Source: Mustelus asterias (taxonomy: Eukaryota). From it: a DNA stretch of 64,000 nt. This document shows, one piece after another, positions 62,100 through 64,000 of this stretch (position 1 is the first letter of the stretch; the number at the start of each line of letters is the position of its first letter). The DNA lies in assembly GCF_964213995.1 (NCBI RefSeq), contig NW_027590179.1, positions 124,001 to 188,000 on the forward strand, written 5' to 3'. Both the position numbers and the translations under genes were made by a program. Below the pieces are notes generated by a model that had not been told where the DNA came from, did no database searches, and saw only the letters and a list, made by a program, of their open reading frames with translations.

Positions 62100-62385
62100 A
62101 TTCCTGAAACATTGCCGTCGCTGGCCATCATTCACTGCCCAACCCGAGTTGAGATGCAACCATATTGCTGTGGCTCTGGAGTCACATGCAGGCCCGACCA
62201 GGTCGGAAGAGCAGATTTCCTTCCAAAGATACATTGGTGAATCATATGGGTTCATTCAACAATCGAAAATGCTTTCACGGTCATCAATGGATTCTCAATT
62301 CCAGATTTTTGGTATTGTATTCAAATCCCACCAGCTGTCCTGGCAGTCCCCAGAATGTTAGCTGGTCGAGCGATAACTCGCCCCA
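62100..62385 (-). mobile_element. Deu-domain SINE
   Basis: CAACCATATTGCTGTGGCTCTGGAGTCACATG core. Confidence 0.65.
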
Positions 62386-62398
62386 CCTAAAGCATCTG

Positions 62399-62493
62399 CG
62401 CCTCAGATGAGGCTCGAATTTACAACCTGGGCATAGCCCGCAGGCCGCACTGCTGTATAAACACCATGCGCTAACCGATTGCGCCACTACGGC
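62399..62493 (-). pseudogene. tRNA-Ile(TAT) with 21-nt intron (62435-62455), probably inactive
   Basis: AGTGGCGCAATCGGTTAGCGC..TTATA[cagcagt..]ATGCC.AGGTTGT..TTCGAGCCTCA with acceptor and T-stem mismatches. Confidence 0.85.
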
Positions 62494-63435
62494 ACTGTGC
62501 CGTACGAATTTGTGTCAGAATATTAAAGGCTACCACAGCGTCACCTCCATTAATAACAGTCATTTGACGCCACATTTCAGAGAGGGGAACAAACCCATCA
62601 AAGATTCTCTCTTCCACAATGAGTAAGACAGGGACAGGCAGCAGGATCTTACCCCGCACTCTCCAATCGCCCACAGACAGCAGAAAGTGGTAAGTGGCAA
62701 CTGCAGCTTCAATCAGGGAGTTACTGCCCATCCCAGGGACACAGAACTCCAACCCAGGTAAAACGTCACAATATACCGATCAGAGACTCATCAAATCGCA
62801 GATAGCTGATAGCCCACTCACTGAACATTCGAGTAGCATTTACACAATGCCCGAGCGAGTCACAAACAATATTCACAGCAACTTTCCAAAGCATTTCAGT
62901 GATAAATTCCTTAATTTGACTGAAAATCTGACTGTTGTGAATCTGAAAATGGTCACCCTGAGATTTGCGTTACCCAGAGACCTGTCTCCCACTGTTTGTC
63001 CATCAGGTTGTGTTTGTGTTGTATATTGAAGCGCCTGTCATTTCAAAATGAGGAGAGAACAAGGAAAATATTCAATTGTGGAACAAATCCTGAGGGAAAC
63101 GGATCATAATATTGGAAGGAGATGCAGTTGTGAATGGTGTTATTGATGATTGAATCGAAAGTATTGCATCCTTGGGCTTCTGGTGGTCAGTTCCCTACAC
63201 TGCCGTTGAATTCCTCCCTCTGGCAAGAGACATGGATTCATTTCAGCTGCACGTTCATAGGAGAAAGGGTATAACCGCTACACCACAGCAATACTACGGG
63301 ATCGAAATAAACAAAGAGACTTGTGTAGACTTGTAAATGGTGCGGTGATGTTGTAGTTCTGGAACAGGTTTCGCAGAAATAGAATTGTGATCATTGACAC
63401 CCTGGATTAGAATATAGTTAACAGCTGCTGTATCA

Positions 63436-63456
63436 GTCTCTGTGGTGCAATTGGTC

Positions 63457-63489
<33 letters not shown>

Positions 63490-63509
63490 GTCCAGACCAC
63501 CCAGGGACG
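63436..63509 (+). pseudogene. tRNA-Asn(GTT) with mutated T loop
   Basis: Canonical stems, but the T loop is GTCCAGA instead of TTCGAGC. Confidence 0.85.
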
Positions 63510-63676
63510 GAGCTTGTACTGTTTCCTTACCATGATCCTTCAAAAGCAAACAGTTGCGGGTTGGCAATGGGTCCGTGGGCGTCAGTAAAAATAGCTCTCA
63601 AGTTGTACCGGCTGTACTGTCATCTGGTGTCAGTTTGAGCGTTGACGCTGCCGGAGAAATGGAGAGCTGGATTTTG

Positions 63677-64000
63677 AACATAGAACATAGAAAGCCACAG
63701 CACAAATAGGCCCTTCGGCCCACAAGTTGCGCTGATCATATCCCTACCTCTAGGCCTATCTATAGCCCTCAATCCCATTAAATCCCATGTACTCATCCAG
63801 AAGTCTCTTAAAAGACCCCAACGAGTTTGCCTCCACCACCACCGACGTCAGCCGATTCCACTCACCCACCACCCTCTGAGTGAAAAACTTACCCCTGACA
63901 TCTCCTCTGTACCTACCCCCCAGCACCTTAAACCTGTGTCCTCTCGTAGCAACCATTTCAGCCCTTGGAAATAGCCTCTGAGAGTCTACCCTATCCAGAC
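63677..64000 (-). mobile_element. CR1 3' end (runs off window)
   Basis: ORF 63756-63956 TRGHRFKV..FFTQRVV, (GAACATA)n tail. Confidence 0.9.

Noticed and set aside
63255-63297. Minus-strand tRNA-like A box (GTGGTGTAGCGGTTATAC)
   Set aside because: No B box or 3' half found

Overview
Eukaryotic, cartilaginous-fish (shark-type) genomic DNA, judged from HE1/V-SINEs, Deu-domain SINEs, abundant CR1 LINEs and Penelope-like element ends. The window holds: (1) a 12-finger C2H2 zinc-finger exon with one frameshift; (2) at least six, probably seven, T-cell-receptor alpha/delta-type V gene segments, all on the minus strand. Six have recognisable 23-type RSSs, all but one are clearly pseudogenised, and I found no D, J or C. 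(3) Interleaved with the V segments, a ~1.25 kb-unit tandem array of tRNA-Val genes (one near-canonical, the rest decayed) plus Arg, Pro, Ile and Asn tRNA copies; (4) an intact two-exon GPR139-like class A GPCR; (5) many CR1 copies, including a full-length esterase-ORF1 element carrying three nested CR1s. The most unusual signals: V segments co-duplicated with tRNA-array units as one cassette, CTCF-like motifs at V promoters and beside an RSS, a tRNA-Pro(AGG) copy with an 18-nt insert exactly at the canonical intron position, and minimal hammerhead ribozymes in Penelope termini. All calls are by eye with no database searches. Repeat boundaries are approximate.
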